NCBI GenBank assembly: GCA_035529315.1
Contig: DATKWZ010000015.1
Coordinates: forward strand, 22,955-86,954
DNA: 64,000 nt
Direction of reading: 5' to 3'
Source: Anaerolineae bacterium
GTDB lineage: Bacteria > Desulfobacterota > Desulfobacteria > Desulfobacterales > ETH-SRB1
This document shows positions 38,306 to 47,423 of this stretch, piece after piece; within the stretch, counting starts at the first letter, position 1, and the number at the start of each line of letters is the position of its first letter. Position numbers and translations under genes: made by a program. Under the pieces are notes generated by a model. The model was not told the DNA's origin. It did not search any database and saw only the letters and a list, made by a program, of their open reading frames with translations.

Positions 38306-40945
38306 CTATCCACGTGGTTGTGGGAACCAGGAGCTTATGTCTTTTAGCATTTTTTCCTTGTAATAAGCTGCTCTGGCAGGGTTGCCCATTATCATATCAA
38401 GCTGCCTTGTATGCATTGTAAGATATCCAAGTATCTTAAGACGTTTTATTAAAAAAGATTTATCATATCCCTCGATAGTTGCATTCATGTAATCTTCATG
38501 TATTTGTACCTGAAAATCATATTTGCCTAAAATTTCTTTTATAAGCTGCATTCTGCGAAGCTTTCTGGTAAGGTCCGCAGCCCCGCCCTTGAAACAGAAT
38601 TTTATGTAATTTTCTCTGGACTCATCACTGATAAAAGTCTGTACAACCGAATAATGATAACCGAACCGGCAGCTTAGATTGCAAAAGTTTTTTGAAATAA
38701 TGGCGCAGTCATTCTGAGAATAATTTGATTGATTTGATGGGGATAAATTACGATTCATGGTAGATTCGACCATTATGGACATCAATCCTTTAGTGTCAAC
38801 AGGAGGCGGGCCCTCCCATTCTACAGCGGTTATTCCCTCCCATAGAGCAAGCATCGGGACAGATGCTATATTTTCAAGTATTACAGTATTTTTTTCCACT
38901 GCTCCTTTTAAACCATCTCCCAAATCAATAAGCATCCACTGGGTTGGGAGACCATTTGCAACCAGCCTTTTCCCTGTATTTATATTTCTGTTCTTTTTGC
39001 CATAATCAAACATTTCTTCTACGGCCTTTTCATGGCATAAGCGGGTAATGTCGTGATATGTGTGGCAGCCGTCAGGCGTAAAATTGCCGGCTTTTGGATC
39101 AGTAAGATTCAGCGGGGTGATATGCTTCAGCATTTTTTTCAAGGTTATATAAACAGGGCTTCCTTTAATTATACTGGTATGTTGCGCGCGGTTTGCTTTT
39201 AATAATGCCTCGGCTTTTTCTTCGTATACTTTCCGTGCAAAGGCATCAACCGTGATAATAGATTTATTTTTAATTTTGCTGGTTGCTTCAATGGTATCAA
39301 AGAGCGCCGGAATACCGAATTCTCTTGCAACGGTAGCCAGATGACCGGTAATTCCTCCACGATCTGTTACAATTGCGGCAGCTTTATTCAATATCGCCGC
39401 CCATTTAGGCAGGGATTTTTTTGCCACTAAAACAGAGCCTCTGGGAAATTTATAAATTTCTTCGTCCGAGTTCACGATAAATGCCGGCCCGCATGCTACG
39501 CCCGGGCTTGCTGTAATGCCCCCACTGATTATCACACGGTTATTAACCTTTATTTCTGAGTCATCTTTATATTTATTGTCTTCCTTTATTATCTGTTTCA
39601 GCGGACGGGTTTGCAGTATCTTTATCTGACTGTTTTTTTCTATAGTCCACTCGATATCTTGTGGCGTTTGAAAGTGCTTTTCAAGCATAACAGCCTGTTT
39701 TGCCAGAAATTGGGCCTGTAAATCCGTGATAGCCGGCAGGTTTTTTTCTGTATCAGGCATTTTGACGGTTTGGAGATTTTTGTTGGAAAAAGTTAAAGTT
39801 TCCTGATCTTTGGCATGAATCTCTTTTTTAACCACTTGAAATGGCTGCTTCCTGGAAACCACAAATAAATCAGGTGATGTGCTCCCCTCGACCACTGATT
39901 TGCCTAATCCTTTAACTGCATTGATGAATATTTGATTATTGTGGATGTTGCCTGGATCTCTTGAATACATAACTCCACTGGAAACAGCTTCAACCATTGC
40001 CACACAGCCAACGCACATGACAATGTCTTCATCGCTAAAGCCCTTATTGAAACGGTATGTAATAGCCCATGGAGAATATTTGCTGGCAAGAACTTTTTTA
40101 TATGAGTTAATAAGTTCTTTAGAGCTTACATTCAGTTCTGTGTGATATTGACCTGCAAAGGATGCTTCCTGGCTGTCTTCGCCCAGGGCGCTGCTGCGCA
40201 TTGATACTTTGACATCTTTTTCTGTTTTTTCTTCCAGGCACTGGTATTCCGCAAGTATTGCTTTTTCGAGTTCTAAAGGAACACTTGATTGCATTATAAG
40301 CTTTTCGATATTTGCGCTGGCATTTCCCAGCATTGTTATATCTTCAATATCAACTGATTGAAGCTGCTGGCTGATTTTTTTTTGGAGAGAACCATGATTC
40401 AGGAACAGATTATATGCAGAGGTTGTAATAACAAAACCATGCGGAACACTAAGGTGTTCCATGTCCATAATTTCGCCTAAATTCGCCATCTTACTGCCAG
40501 TGTGCTTTGCGCTGTCTTTATTTATATTTTCAATCGATATAACCAGTCTGCCTTCGTCTGCCTCTTCCTTTTTTTCTATTATTTGATTTATTTTATATTG
40601 AATATCGGCAAAAGCATGGTAGAGCGTTTCATAACGATTGTCGGAAAGCTCATTTATTTTTTCAATGAGTTTATATATATTTACTGAAATGGATATGCAG
40701 TTTGCACGAATGAATTCCATGCTGAATTTTTTGTTTCCCTGCAGTGCCAATTCCATTTCCGACATAATCTTAAGAATTGTATTATTGATGCTTAAAAGAC
40801 TTTTGAAATTCCAGTACTTTGTTTTGAAGAGGGAGCGGATAACATCGTCGGGCGATTTTTCGGAAGTTGGGCCTTCCCCTTTTTTACCCGAAAAGATTTT
40901 TTTTATTGATTTCCTTAATCCAAACATCTTTACTCCAGACTTCAA
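38306..40945 (-). CDS. PEP-synthase-like protein (ATP-grasp + phospho-His swivel + non-canonical C-terminal domain)
   Basis: GSKMANLGE, MRSSALGED..SFAGQY, DIEW, LQTRP, GGITGHLATVAREFGIP; pyruvate-binding barrel motifs (NPxLGxRG, SIGxNDLxQ, CG) not found. Confidence 0.85.
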   Translation of the reverse strand: MKSGVKMFGLRKSIKKIFSGKKGEGPTSEKSPDDVIRSLFKTKYWNFKSLLSINNTILKIMSEMELALQGNKKFSMEFIRANCISISVNIYKLIEKINELSDNRYETLYHAFADIQYKINQIIEKKEEADEGRLVISIENINKDSAKHTGSKMANLGEIMDMEHLSVPHGFVITTSAYNLFLNHGSLQKKISQQLQSVDIEDITMLGNASANIEKLIMQSSVPLELEKAILAEYQCLEEKTEKDVKVSMRSSALGEDSQEASFAGQYHTELNVSSKELINSYKKVLASKYSPWAITYRFNKGFSDEDIVMCVGCVAMVEAVSSGVMYSRDPGNIHNNQIFINAVKGLGKSVVEGSTSPDLFVVSRKQPFQVVKKEIHAKDQETLTFSNKNLQTVKMPDTEKNLPAITDLQAQFLAKQAVMLEKHFQTPQDIEWTIEKNSQIKILQTRPLKQIIKEDNKYKDDSEIKVNNRVIISGGITASPGVACGPAFIVNSDEEIYKFPRGSVLVAKKSLPKWAAILNKAAAIVTDRGGITGHLATVAREFGIPALFDTIEATSKIKNKSIITVDAFARKVYEEKAEALLKANRAQHTSIIKGSPVYITLKKMLKHITPLNLTDPKAGNFTPDGCHTYHDITRLCHEKAVEEMFDYGKKNRNINTGKRLVANGLPTQWMLIDLGDGLKGAVEKNTVILENIASVPMLALWEGITAVEWEGPPPVDTKGLMSIMVESTMNRNLSPSNQSNYSQNDCAIISKNFCNLSCRFGYHYSVVQTFISDESRENYIKFCFKGGAADLTRKLRRMQLIKEILGKYDFQVQIHEDYMNATIEGYDKSFLIKRLKILGYLTMHTRQLDMIMGNPARAAYYKEKMLKDISSWFPQPRG

Positions 40946-40988
40946 TTTAGCAGATTAATTTTTAGCATGTATATTGCATAGAATTGTA

Positions 40989-41004
40989 ATCAAAAAATGT
41001 GCCA
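40989..41004 (-). promoter_or_regulatory. Sigma54 -24/-12 promoter for the PEP-synthase-like gene
   Basis: Minus strand TGGCACATTTTTTGAT (GG-N10-GA), ~45-60 bp upstream of the start. Confidence 0.7.
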
Positions 41005-41067
41005 GATCGGATTCCCTTAAATTACAAATAGTTATATTTATACGGTATTTTGGGAGGCAATAAAGAC

Positions 41068-41230
41068 GTTTCAAAACGAAACCTAATTCCTTAACGGTAA
41101 TATTTTGAACTGCAATAGCGAGCGCGTTCCCCGTAGCTTGCTGCAGGGAATCTTCAATCATTCTAATGGCCAAAACAGTCAGGTTTTTTGATTAGAGTTT
41201 CAATATGAAACCAACGTTTCATATTGAAAT
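41068..41230. promoter_or_regulatory. Three GTTTCA-N3-TGAAAC-type palindromes (putative activator sites)
   Basis: 41068 GTTTCAAAACGAAAC, 41197 GTTTCAATATGAAAC, 41216 GTTTCATATTGAAAT. Confidence 0.65.
41105..41157. mobile_element. 53-bp miniature element, copy 1
   Basis: TTGAA...TTCAA ends with internal TTCCCCGTAGCTTGCTGCAGGGAA hairpin; highly similar to 41997..42048. Confidence 0.7.
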
Positions 41231-41324
41231 ATTAATGGTTGTTTGGAACCGCCATCTATCGACAGCATCAAAATTTTTTGATTGATAGCTGTGTTCTAAA
41301 TGAATTTATAACAAGGAGTGGACA

Positions 41325-41753
41325 ATGAAGCACAAGATATTGCTTGTTGATGATGAGGAGATAACGCTTAAATACCTTTCAAAATTCTTGATAAAAAAAG
41401 GTTTTGATATAAGTACGGCAATGAATGGCAGTGAAGCCTTGGAGAAGATTAAACAGCAGGATTTTATTACAGTATTGCTGGATGTTTTAATGCCGGGAAT
41501 AGATGGCATAGAAACCCTCAGGGAAATAAAAAAAATCAAGCCGATTACAGAAGTAATAATGCTTACCGGCCATGCCTCGGTTCAGGTTGCCATTGAAGGC
41601 ATGAGGCTGGGGGCATTTGATTATCTTATGAAGCCTTTTGATCGTGATGAACTTATTGAAAAGTTACGGTTGGCTTGTGAGAAAAGATTATTTAATGAAA
41701 AAGGTATAGATGCCGTCAATATACCGGAAATGACCTCGAACGAGCCAGAATGA
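41325..41753 (+). CDS. Stand-alone response regulator (REC)
   Basis: LVDDE, LLDVLMP, LTGH, LMKPF. Confidence 0.9.
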   Translation: MKHKILLVDDEEITLKYLSKFLIKKGFDISTAMNGSEALEKIKQQDFITVLLDVLMPGIDGIETLREIKKIKPITEVIMLTGHASVQVAIEGMRLGAFDYLMKPFDRDELIEKLRLACEKRLFNEKGIDAVNIPEMTSNEPE

Positions 41754-41791
41754 ATATAAATCCTTTTTCTTTTATTTGCCCTTTAGTTTCA

Positions 41792-41905
41792 ATTTCAAAA
41801 TGAAACATAGTCCCGAAATGAAACATATTTTCATATCATCTACTCTTGTTGGGCTTTAATATAAACAAATAGCTGCAACATGTCCTATGCGTTTCATATT
41901 GAAAC
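41792..41905. promoter_or_regulatory. Three further GTTTCA-N3-TGAAAC-type sites upstream of the usp-SLC13 operon
   Basis: 41792 ATTTCAAAATGAAAC, 41810 GTCCCGAAATGAAAC, 41891 GTTTCATATTGAAAC (extends to GCGTTTCA-TAT-TGAAACGC). Confidence 0.65.
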
Positions 41906-41969
41906 GCTACCCACTGCTCTTTCCTGATCTTCAAAATATAACAATCCGTAATTATTGAATATAATTATT

Positions 41970-41985
41970 TGGCATATTTCTTGAT
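41970..41985 (+). promoter_or_regulatory. Sigma54 -24/-12 promoter of the usp-SLC13-CMK-like-REC operon
   Basis: TGGCATATTTCTTGAT (GG-N10-GA), preceded by an AT-rich tract and palindromic sites. Confidence 0.7.
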
Positions 41986-41996
41986 TATAGTTTTTA

Positions 41997-42048
41997 TTGA
42001 ACCGCAAAAGCGAGCGCATTCCCCGCTGCTTGCGGCGGGGAGCTTCAA
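41997..42048. mobile_element. 52-bp miniature element, copy 2
   Basis: TTGAACCGCAAAAGCGAGCGCATTCCCCGCTGCTTGCGGCGGGGAGCTTCAA. Confidence 0.7.
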
Positions 42049-42123
42049 TTGATCAAAAGGGACTGTGGTTCCCTTTAAGGCCTGGGCCATATAATTTATT
42101 TAATCAATGAGGGATAAAGTTAG

Positions 42124-42567
42124 TTGAACAAGATACTCGTACCTTTGGATAATTTTTCTGAGATATCGCTGAATGCGGCTCGTTACGCTGTTGAATTCGC
42201 CAAGAGAAGCGGCTCTAAGCCAATTTTTCTGTTCTTATCAAAAGATGATAAAGCAATGTCAGATTGTTTTGAGCCAGACATTCCTCAAGAAAAGGACAGA
42301 GAAAGAAAAATCAGGGGAAAAGTAGAGCTGCTTATAGACAAGAGTACTATGGAAGGAATCAACATTGAGCAGTACGAGTGCCGTGGTGAATATATAGAAA
42401 AGGTCTGCGAGTTCGTGCGGGATTTGAACATAGCCGAGATAGTGATTGCCGTTCCTGATAAACAGGATGAGTATTATCAGAAAATCAAAAAAAATATATC
42501 TTTACTGGCTCAGATGACATCTTGCCGTGTATTAACCGTAAAGGAAAAAGCAAAGAGATTTGAATGA
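42124..42567 (+). CDS. Universal stress protein-like
   Basis: KILVPLD..E.SLNAARYAVEFA N-terminus; C-terminal CRVLTVK; TTG start. Confidence 0.72.
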   Translation: MNKILVPLDNFSEISLNAARYAVEFAKRSGSKPIFLFLSKDDKAMSDCFEPDIPQEKDRERKIRGKVELLIDKSTMEGINIEQYECRGEYIEKVCEFVRDLNIAEIVIAVPDKQDEYYQKIKKNISLLAQMTSCRVLTVKEKAKRFE

Positions 42568-42607
42568 TTAGGTAGTTTAATCTGATTAAAAAGGAGATTG
42601 ATTTTTT

Positions 42608-44425
42608 ATGGAAGCGAATGTGTTAACAACAGAAATGATTTTGGTCATGATGATGATAGGAGTAGCGGTGTTCCTTTTTATTGTCGAATGGATTCGCGTT
42701 GATATGGTTGCTATACTAATGACGATTATGCTGCCTTTGCTTCATTTAGTTACACCTAAAGAAGCGTTTTCCGGTTTTAGCAGCAATGCAGTTATTTCTA
42801 TCATTGCGGTTATTATCATAGGCGCTGGTCTGGACAAAACCGGACTCATAAACAGATTGGTTAAGCCGGTAATGAAATTGGCCGGCAACAGCGCGTCTCG
42901 GGTTGTTATTGCTATGGGAGCAACTGTAGCAGGAATTTCGAGTTTTATGCAGAACATCGGTGCTGCAGCTCTTTTCCTGCCTGCTGTCAGGCGTGTAAGC
43001 AAATCAATGAACATACCACTTCCACAGATGCTTATGCCCATCGGTTTTTGTGCAATTCTTGGCGGCACTGTAACTCTGGTGGGTTGCAGTCCGTTGATTC
43101 TTTTAAACGATTTGCTGGCTCCCTTTAATCTTAAGCCATTTGGCCTGTTTGATGTGACTCCTATTGGTTTGGCGTTAGTCGGGTCTGGAATCGGGTTCTT
43201 CATCTTTTTCGGACGGTTTGTGCTTCCTAAGGGAAAAATTGGAGATGGCGGTTCTGCTGATGAATCTATTAAGGGACTTGCAAGTTCTTACGAAAACATC
43301 GGCGATCCATTTGAGTTAAAAGTGCCTGGTGATTTTACCGATTTCAGAGATCCTTTGACGATTAAAGATTTAAGGGAAAAATATTTGGTAAATATTGTTG
43401 CGATTGCCGGAAGGGATGGTTTTAAGCTTCTTTCCGTTGATTCAGACATGGAGATAAGGTCTGATGTTGATATTGTTGCTTACGGACTGCGGAAAAATGT
43501 TGAGAAAATGGCCAAAGAACTTGGAATGCAGATTAAAGACTCTTTGGAATTATTCCAGAATGAAATGTCTCCAGCCATATCCGGAACCATTGAGGCCGTC
43601 GTTGCACCTCGTTCCGAGTTAATCGGCAAAACCCTGAGAAAGGCGCATTTCTGGGAACAGTTTCAGGTAAACCCATTGGCAATTTATCGTTCAGACAAGG
43701 CTTTTTATTCCGGGCTTTCAGATTTTAAACTGCAATCAGGTGATTCAATACTGCTTCAGGGTACTTGGGAACGGTTTAATATTTTACAGGAAAGACACAA
43801 TTTTATTTTTACAACTCCGGTAAGTGAAGTTATTAAACCGCAAAAATCTTTAATAGCCGGTTTTTGGCTGGCAGTAGCCCTTGTAATGATAATTATATTT
43901 AAAATTCAGTTGTCGGTATGTCTTATGACCGGAGCCTTTGGAATGATTGTATGCCGGGTACTCACTATAGACGAGGCATACAAGTCTGTTGACTGGCGGA
44001 CGATCTTCCTCCTTGCCGGACTTATTCCCTTGGGGATTGCAACCGAGAAAACAGGTACGGCGGCGTGGATTGCTCATACTATTCTTAATTTAATGGGCGA
44101 TGTTTCTCCTGTTGTACTGTTGACAGCCATCGCAGTGCTTTCCACTTTTTTTACTCTCGTTATTTCAAATGTGGGCGCTACAGTACTTCTTGTGCCGCTT
44201 GTGGTTAATATGGCTCTAGCTGCGGGCATAGATCCCAGGATGGCTGCACTTGTGGTAGGCTTGGCGACTTCAAATTCGTTTATGCTGCCGACACATCAGG
44301 TTAATGCGCTTTATATGGGGCCAGGCAGATATAGAAGTGTAGATTTTATAAAGGCCGGCGGGATTATGACAGTATTATTTATAACAGTATTAATCGGCAT
44401 GCTTTATTTATTTTACGGAGTTTAA
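42608..44425 (+). CDS. SLC13/DASS-family permease with central TrkA-C (RCK_C) domains
   Basis: GFSSNAVI, SSFMQNIG, LGGTVTLVGCSPLI, soluble insert (SELIGKTL), ISNVGA, PTHQVNAL.MGPG.Y. Confidence 0.88.
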   Translation: MEANVLTTEMILVMMMIGVAVFLFIVEWIRVDMVAILMTIMLPLLHLVTPKEAFSGFSSNAVISIIAVIIIGAGLDKTGLINRLVKPVMKLAGNSASRVVIAMGATVAGISSFMQNIGAAALFLPAVRRVSKSMNIPLPQMLMPIGFCAILGGTVTLVGCSPLILLNDLLAPFNLKPFGLFDVTPIGLALVGSGIGFFIFFGRFVLPKGKIGDGGSADESIKGLASSYENIGDPFELKVPGDFTDFRDPLTIKDLREKYLVNIVAIAGRDGFKLLSVDSDMEIRSDVDIVAYGLRKNVEKMAKELGMQIKDSLELFQNEMSPAISGTIEAVVAPRSELIGKTLRKAHFWEQFQVNPLAIYRSDKAFYSGLSDFKLQSGDSILLQGTWERFNILQERHNFIFTTPVSEVIKPQKSLIAGFWLAVALVMIIIFKIQLSVCLMTGAFGMIVCRVLTIDEAYKSVDWRTIFLLAGLIPLGIATEKTGTAAWIAHTILNLMGDVSPVVLLTAIAVLSTFFTLVISNVGATVLLVPLVVNMALAAGIDPRMAALVVGLATSNSFMLPTHQVNALYMGPGRYRSVDFIKAGGIMTVLFITVLIGMLYLFYGV

Positions 44426-44481
44426 TCAGGTCGTGGAAAATATATAAAAAACTTTAAAATATATTTTAAGGAGGGGCAAAA

Positions 44482-45312
44482 GTGTCCATTATAACTATTA
44501 CCGCAGGTTCTTACATCGGAAGGCAAATAGCTAAAAGTGCCGCCAAAAGATTGGATTACGAGTATATAGATAGTGAGAATATTTTATCACTGGTTTCTAA
44601 GGAATTCGGTGTTTCTGAACCAAAGCTTGTTCGAGCTTTTAAAGAAGCACCATCAGGCATTGGCATGTTTTCCAAGACTAAACCTGAATATATAATATTT
44701 ATTGAGACTTTGATCGCAGAGTGTTTGTTAAAAAATAATATAGTGTATTATGGGGTCGTCGGACTTCCACTTATCCAAGAGGTTCCTCATGTTCTCAAGG
44801 TCCAGATTATTGCTAACCTGGAGGACAGGATAAAAAACAGAATGAAGCTGGATAATATATCTCAGGATAAGGCAAGTAAAGTGATTGAAAAGGAGGATGA
44901 AGAGCGGACAAAGTGGGCTGAAGCTGTTTATGATATAGACATTGCAAATTCGAACTTATATGATCTTGTAATAAACATAGGGCATATCAAGGGCGATGAT
45001 ATGGAAGCTGCTCTGGAGACCATTATCAGTACCGTAAAACACAAGAAATTTCAGCCAATGACATATTCATTAAGATGCATGAAAAATGTTGCAATGTCAT
45101 GTCGTGTCAGGGCGACTCTGGCTGATATAGATTCAAAAATGCAGGTAAAATCCGATGAAGGAACTGTATATACATATACTAAAGCAATAAAGAAAAAGGC
45201 GCAGGATAAGGTATTAGAAATGAAACAAAAGGCCATGAGAATTGAAGGGGTCAAACACATTGAGGTTTTTATAGATTATGATTTATTTACAAAGGTTGCG
45301 CATGGGCAGTAA
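44482..45312 (+). CDS. Cytidylate-kinase-like protein with short C-terminal extra domain
   Basis: IITIT.GS.IG..IAK..AK.L.Y, LKVQIIANLEDRI, YDLVINI; degenerate P-loop; GTG start. Confidence 0.75.
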   Translation: MSIITITAGSYIGRQIAKSAAKRLDYEYIDSENILSLVSKEFGVSEPKLVRAFKEAPSGIGMFSKTKPEYIIFIETLIAECLLKNNIVYYGVVGLPLIQEVPHVLKVQIIANLEDRIKNRMKLDNISQDKASKVIEKEDEERTKWAEAVYDIDIANSNLYDLVINIGHIKGDDMEAALETIISTVKHKKFQPMTYSLRCMKNVAMSCRVRATLADIDSKMQVKSDEGTVYTYTKAIKKKAQDKVLEMKQKAMRIEGVKHIEVFIDYDLFTKVAHGQ

Positions 45313-45327
45313 TCTGCTCTAACATGT

Positions 45328-45744
45328 ATGGAGGGTAAAAAAATGAAAGAAAAATTAGAAATTCTGCTATTGGATGATGAAGCTATAGTTGGGAACAGAT
45401 TGGGGCCTGCGATTAAAAAAGCTGGTTATGGTGTAGAAGTATTTGATGATCCCCAAAAAGCTCTAAACAGGATCAATGAAAAGGAGTTTGATATTGTTGT
45501 TACTGATATAATGATGGCTGATGTGAACGGAATCCAGGTTTTAGAACAGGTGAAAAAAAAATCAGACAGAACCAAAGTTATTATTATTACAGGGTATGCG
45601 ACGGTAGCTCTAGCCCGTGAAGCAATGGACAAAGGCGCTTTTGATATGATAGCCAAGCCATTCAGTCCTAACGATCTCCGTATCTTAATTGCAAAAGCAG
45701 CTGCTTCCCTTGGTTATAAAAAAGAAATTGTAGCAGAAGCATAA
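45328..45744 (+). CDS. Stand-alone response regulator (REC)
   Basis: LLDDE, VTDIMM, ITGY, IAKPF. Confidence 0.9.
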   Translation: MEGKKMKEKLEILLLDDEAIVGNRLGPAIKKAGYGVEVFDDPQKALNRINEKEFDIVVTDIMMADVNGIQVLEQVKKKSDRTKVIIITGYATVALAREAMDKGAFDMIAKPFSPNDLRILIAKAAASLGYKKEIVAEA

Positions 45745-45873
45745 TTAATTTTGGTAAAAAAAGGGGGGGATTTATTGCTTGAAAATTAATATCTAGCATG
45801 AGATAAAATATAATTTTGTTTGTTTTGAACAGGTTAGTGCCTTATATGTTAAATGCTCTGAGACCTAAAAACC

Positions 45874-47385
45874 ATGCAGGAAAAAAAGATATTTCAAAAA
45901 AAGTTTGCTTTGACTACTGCTGACAGGGGGTTGCTTGAACGACCGCAATTTAGCTTTCGTTTGCACATGTCTCTGGTGTTCATTTTTTTTTCCTTATTTT
46001 CGATAGCAATTATTGTAGGTTCAGTTATAGCCATAAACAGGATACAGAAAAAACTGTACTTTGTTCAAGCCTCTGAAAGATACCTGTTTGAAATTGAACA
46101 GGCAAGGAGATGGGAAAAAAATTACTTTTTGTATGGCACTAATCTCGAAAATGCGATTCAATGCGCTTATAATGCAAAATCCCTTTTATCACAGAACTTG
46201 CAGAAATTAATAACTGTTTTATCTGCAGAACAGACAGAAACTATTGTTGAGCATCTTGATAGATACAGTAGTCTGTTGCAGGAACTTATGCTTTTGGAGA
46301 AAAACAGGATTGATAGTCGTGAAAAAAAGAGCAAAATTGAGACTTCCTTAAGAAAATATGGCGCTGAAATGGTTAAGGTAGCGGCTGCTCTGGTTTATAA
46401 GGAGCAGGATTCCATGAATGCAATGCTTCACCTTATCCAGAGAATACCCCTTTACAGCCTTGTAGTTGTTTTGTTAATAGGAGTATTCGTTGCACGTTTT
46501 CTTGTGCAAAGATTGATAAAACCGCTTAAACATCTAATTGAATGCACTCAGAGAATAGCAAAAGGAGATTTTTCACCGCTTAAACCAATTCGTAAGTACC
46601 GTGATGAGTTTACGACAGTGGAGGTGGCTATTAATCGTATGCTTAAGCAACTTAAATCACACGAAGCTGCGATGGTGGAATCACATAAACTTAGAGCAGT
46701 TGGAACTCTGACAGCCGGGGTTGCTCACGAATTAAACAACCCTCTTAACAATATAATGCTCACGGCACATGCAATGCTTGAGGATCATAAGGAGTTGTCA
46801 GAAGATGAACTACTTGAAATGCTAAACGATCTTATTGGCGAAGCCAACAGGTCCAGGAGTATAGTTCGCAATCTTCTGGATTTTGCAAGAGAAAGCGAAT
46901 CTGTTTCTGAACCTCTTGATCTTGGAGCGTTGGTTAACGATACTATTAAGCTGGCGCTCAATCAGGTAAAAGTTTCCGGAGCAAAAATAGAAACTCAAAT
47001 TCAGCCCAACCTACCCAAAATCCGCGGTGACACCCAGCAATTAAAGCAGGTATTTTTAAACTTAATCCTTAATGCATTAGATGCTGTTGACAAAAATGGA
47101 AAAATTATAATAAATGTTAAAGAATCTGAAATATCAGGATTCCTGGCCGTTCAGATAGAAGATAATGGATGTGGAATACCTGCCCATATTCTGCCTAATA
47201 TATTTGATCCGTTTTTTACGACAAAAGGACCGGGTAAAGGTACAGGGCTTGGTCTTTCTGTTTCACATGGAATCATTATAATGCACGGTGGACAGATCAA
47301 TCTTGAAACCGAAGAAGGAAAATATACAAGATTTACCGTAACTCTCCCTTCTAGAAATATTCCTGCGGATTTTAATAAAACCTGA
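45874..47385 (+). CDS. Membrane sensor histidine kinase (HAMP-HisKA-HATPase)
   Basis: Two TMs, HAMP, VAHELNNPL, NLILNA, DNGCGI, FDPFFTTK, GTGLGL. Confidence 0.93.
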   Translation: MQEKKIFQKKFALTTADRGLLERPQFSFRLHMSLVFIFFSLFSIAIIVGSVIAINRIQKKLYFVQASERYLFEIEQARRWEKNYFLYGTNLENAIQCAYNAKSLLSQNLQKLITVLSAEQTETIVEHLDRYSSLLQELMLLEKNRIDSREKKSKIETSLRKYGAEMVKVAAALVYKEQDSMNAMLHLIQRIPLYSLVVVLLIGVFVARFLVQRLIKPLKHLIECTQRIAKGDFSPLKPIRKYRDEFTTVEVAINRMLKQLKSHEAAMVESHKLRAVGTLTAGVAHELNNPLNNIMLTAHAMLEDHKELSEDELLEMLNDLIGEANRSRSIVRNLLDFARESESVSEPLDLGALVNDTIKLALNQVKVSGAKIETQIQPNLPKIRGDTQQLKQVFLNLILNALDAVDKNGKIIINVKESEISGFLAVQIEDNGCGIPAHILPNIFDPFFTTKGPGKGTGLGLSVSHGIIIMHGGQINLETEEGKYTRFTVTLPSRNIPADFNKT

Positions 47386-47423
47386 GATAATAAAAGCAAA
47401 TTGCTGTTGGAGGAAATTTATCG

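Noticed and set aside
38306-40945. Calling this gene (or 62269..64000) ppsA/ppdK
   Set aside because: Pyruvate/PEP-binding barrel motifs are absent, so PEP synthase activity is unsupported.
40955-41173. 72-aa ORF containing LQQATGNALAIAVQ
   Set aside because: It is a translation of the 53-bp miniature element and promoter DNA, not a credible gene.
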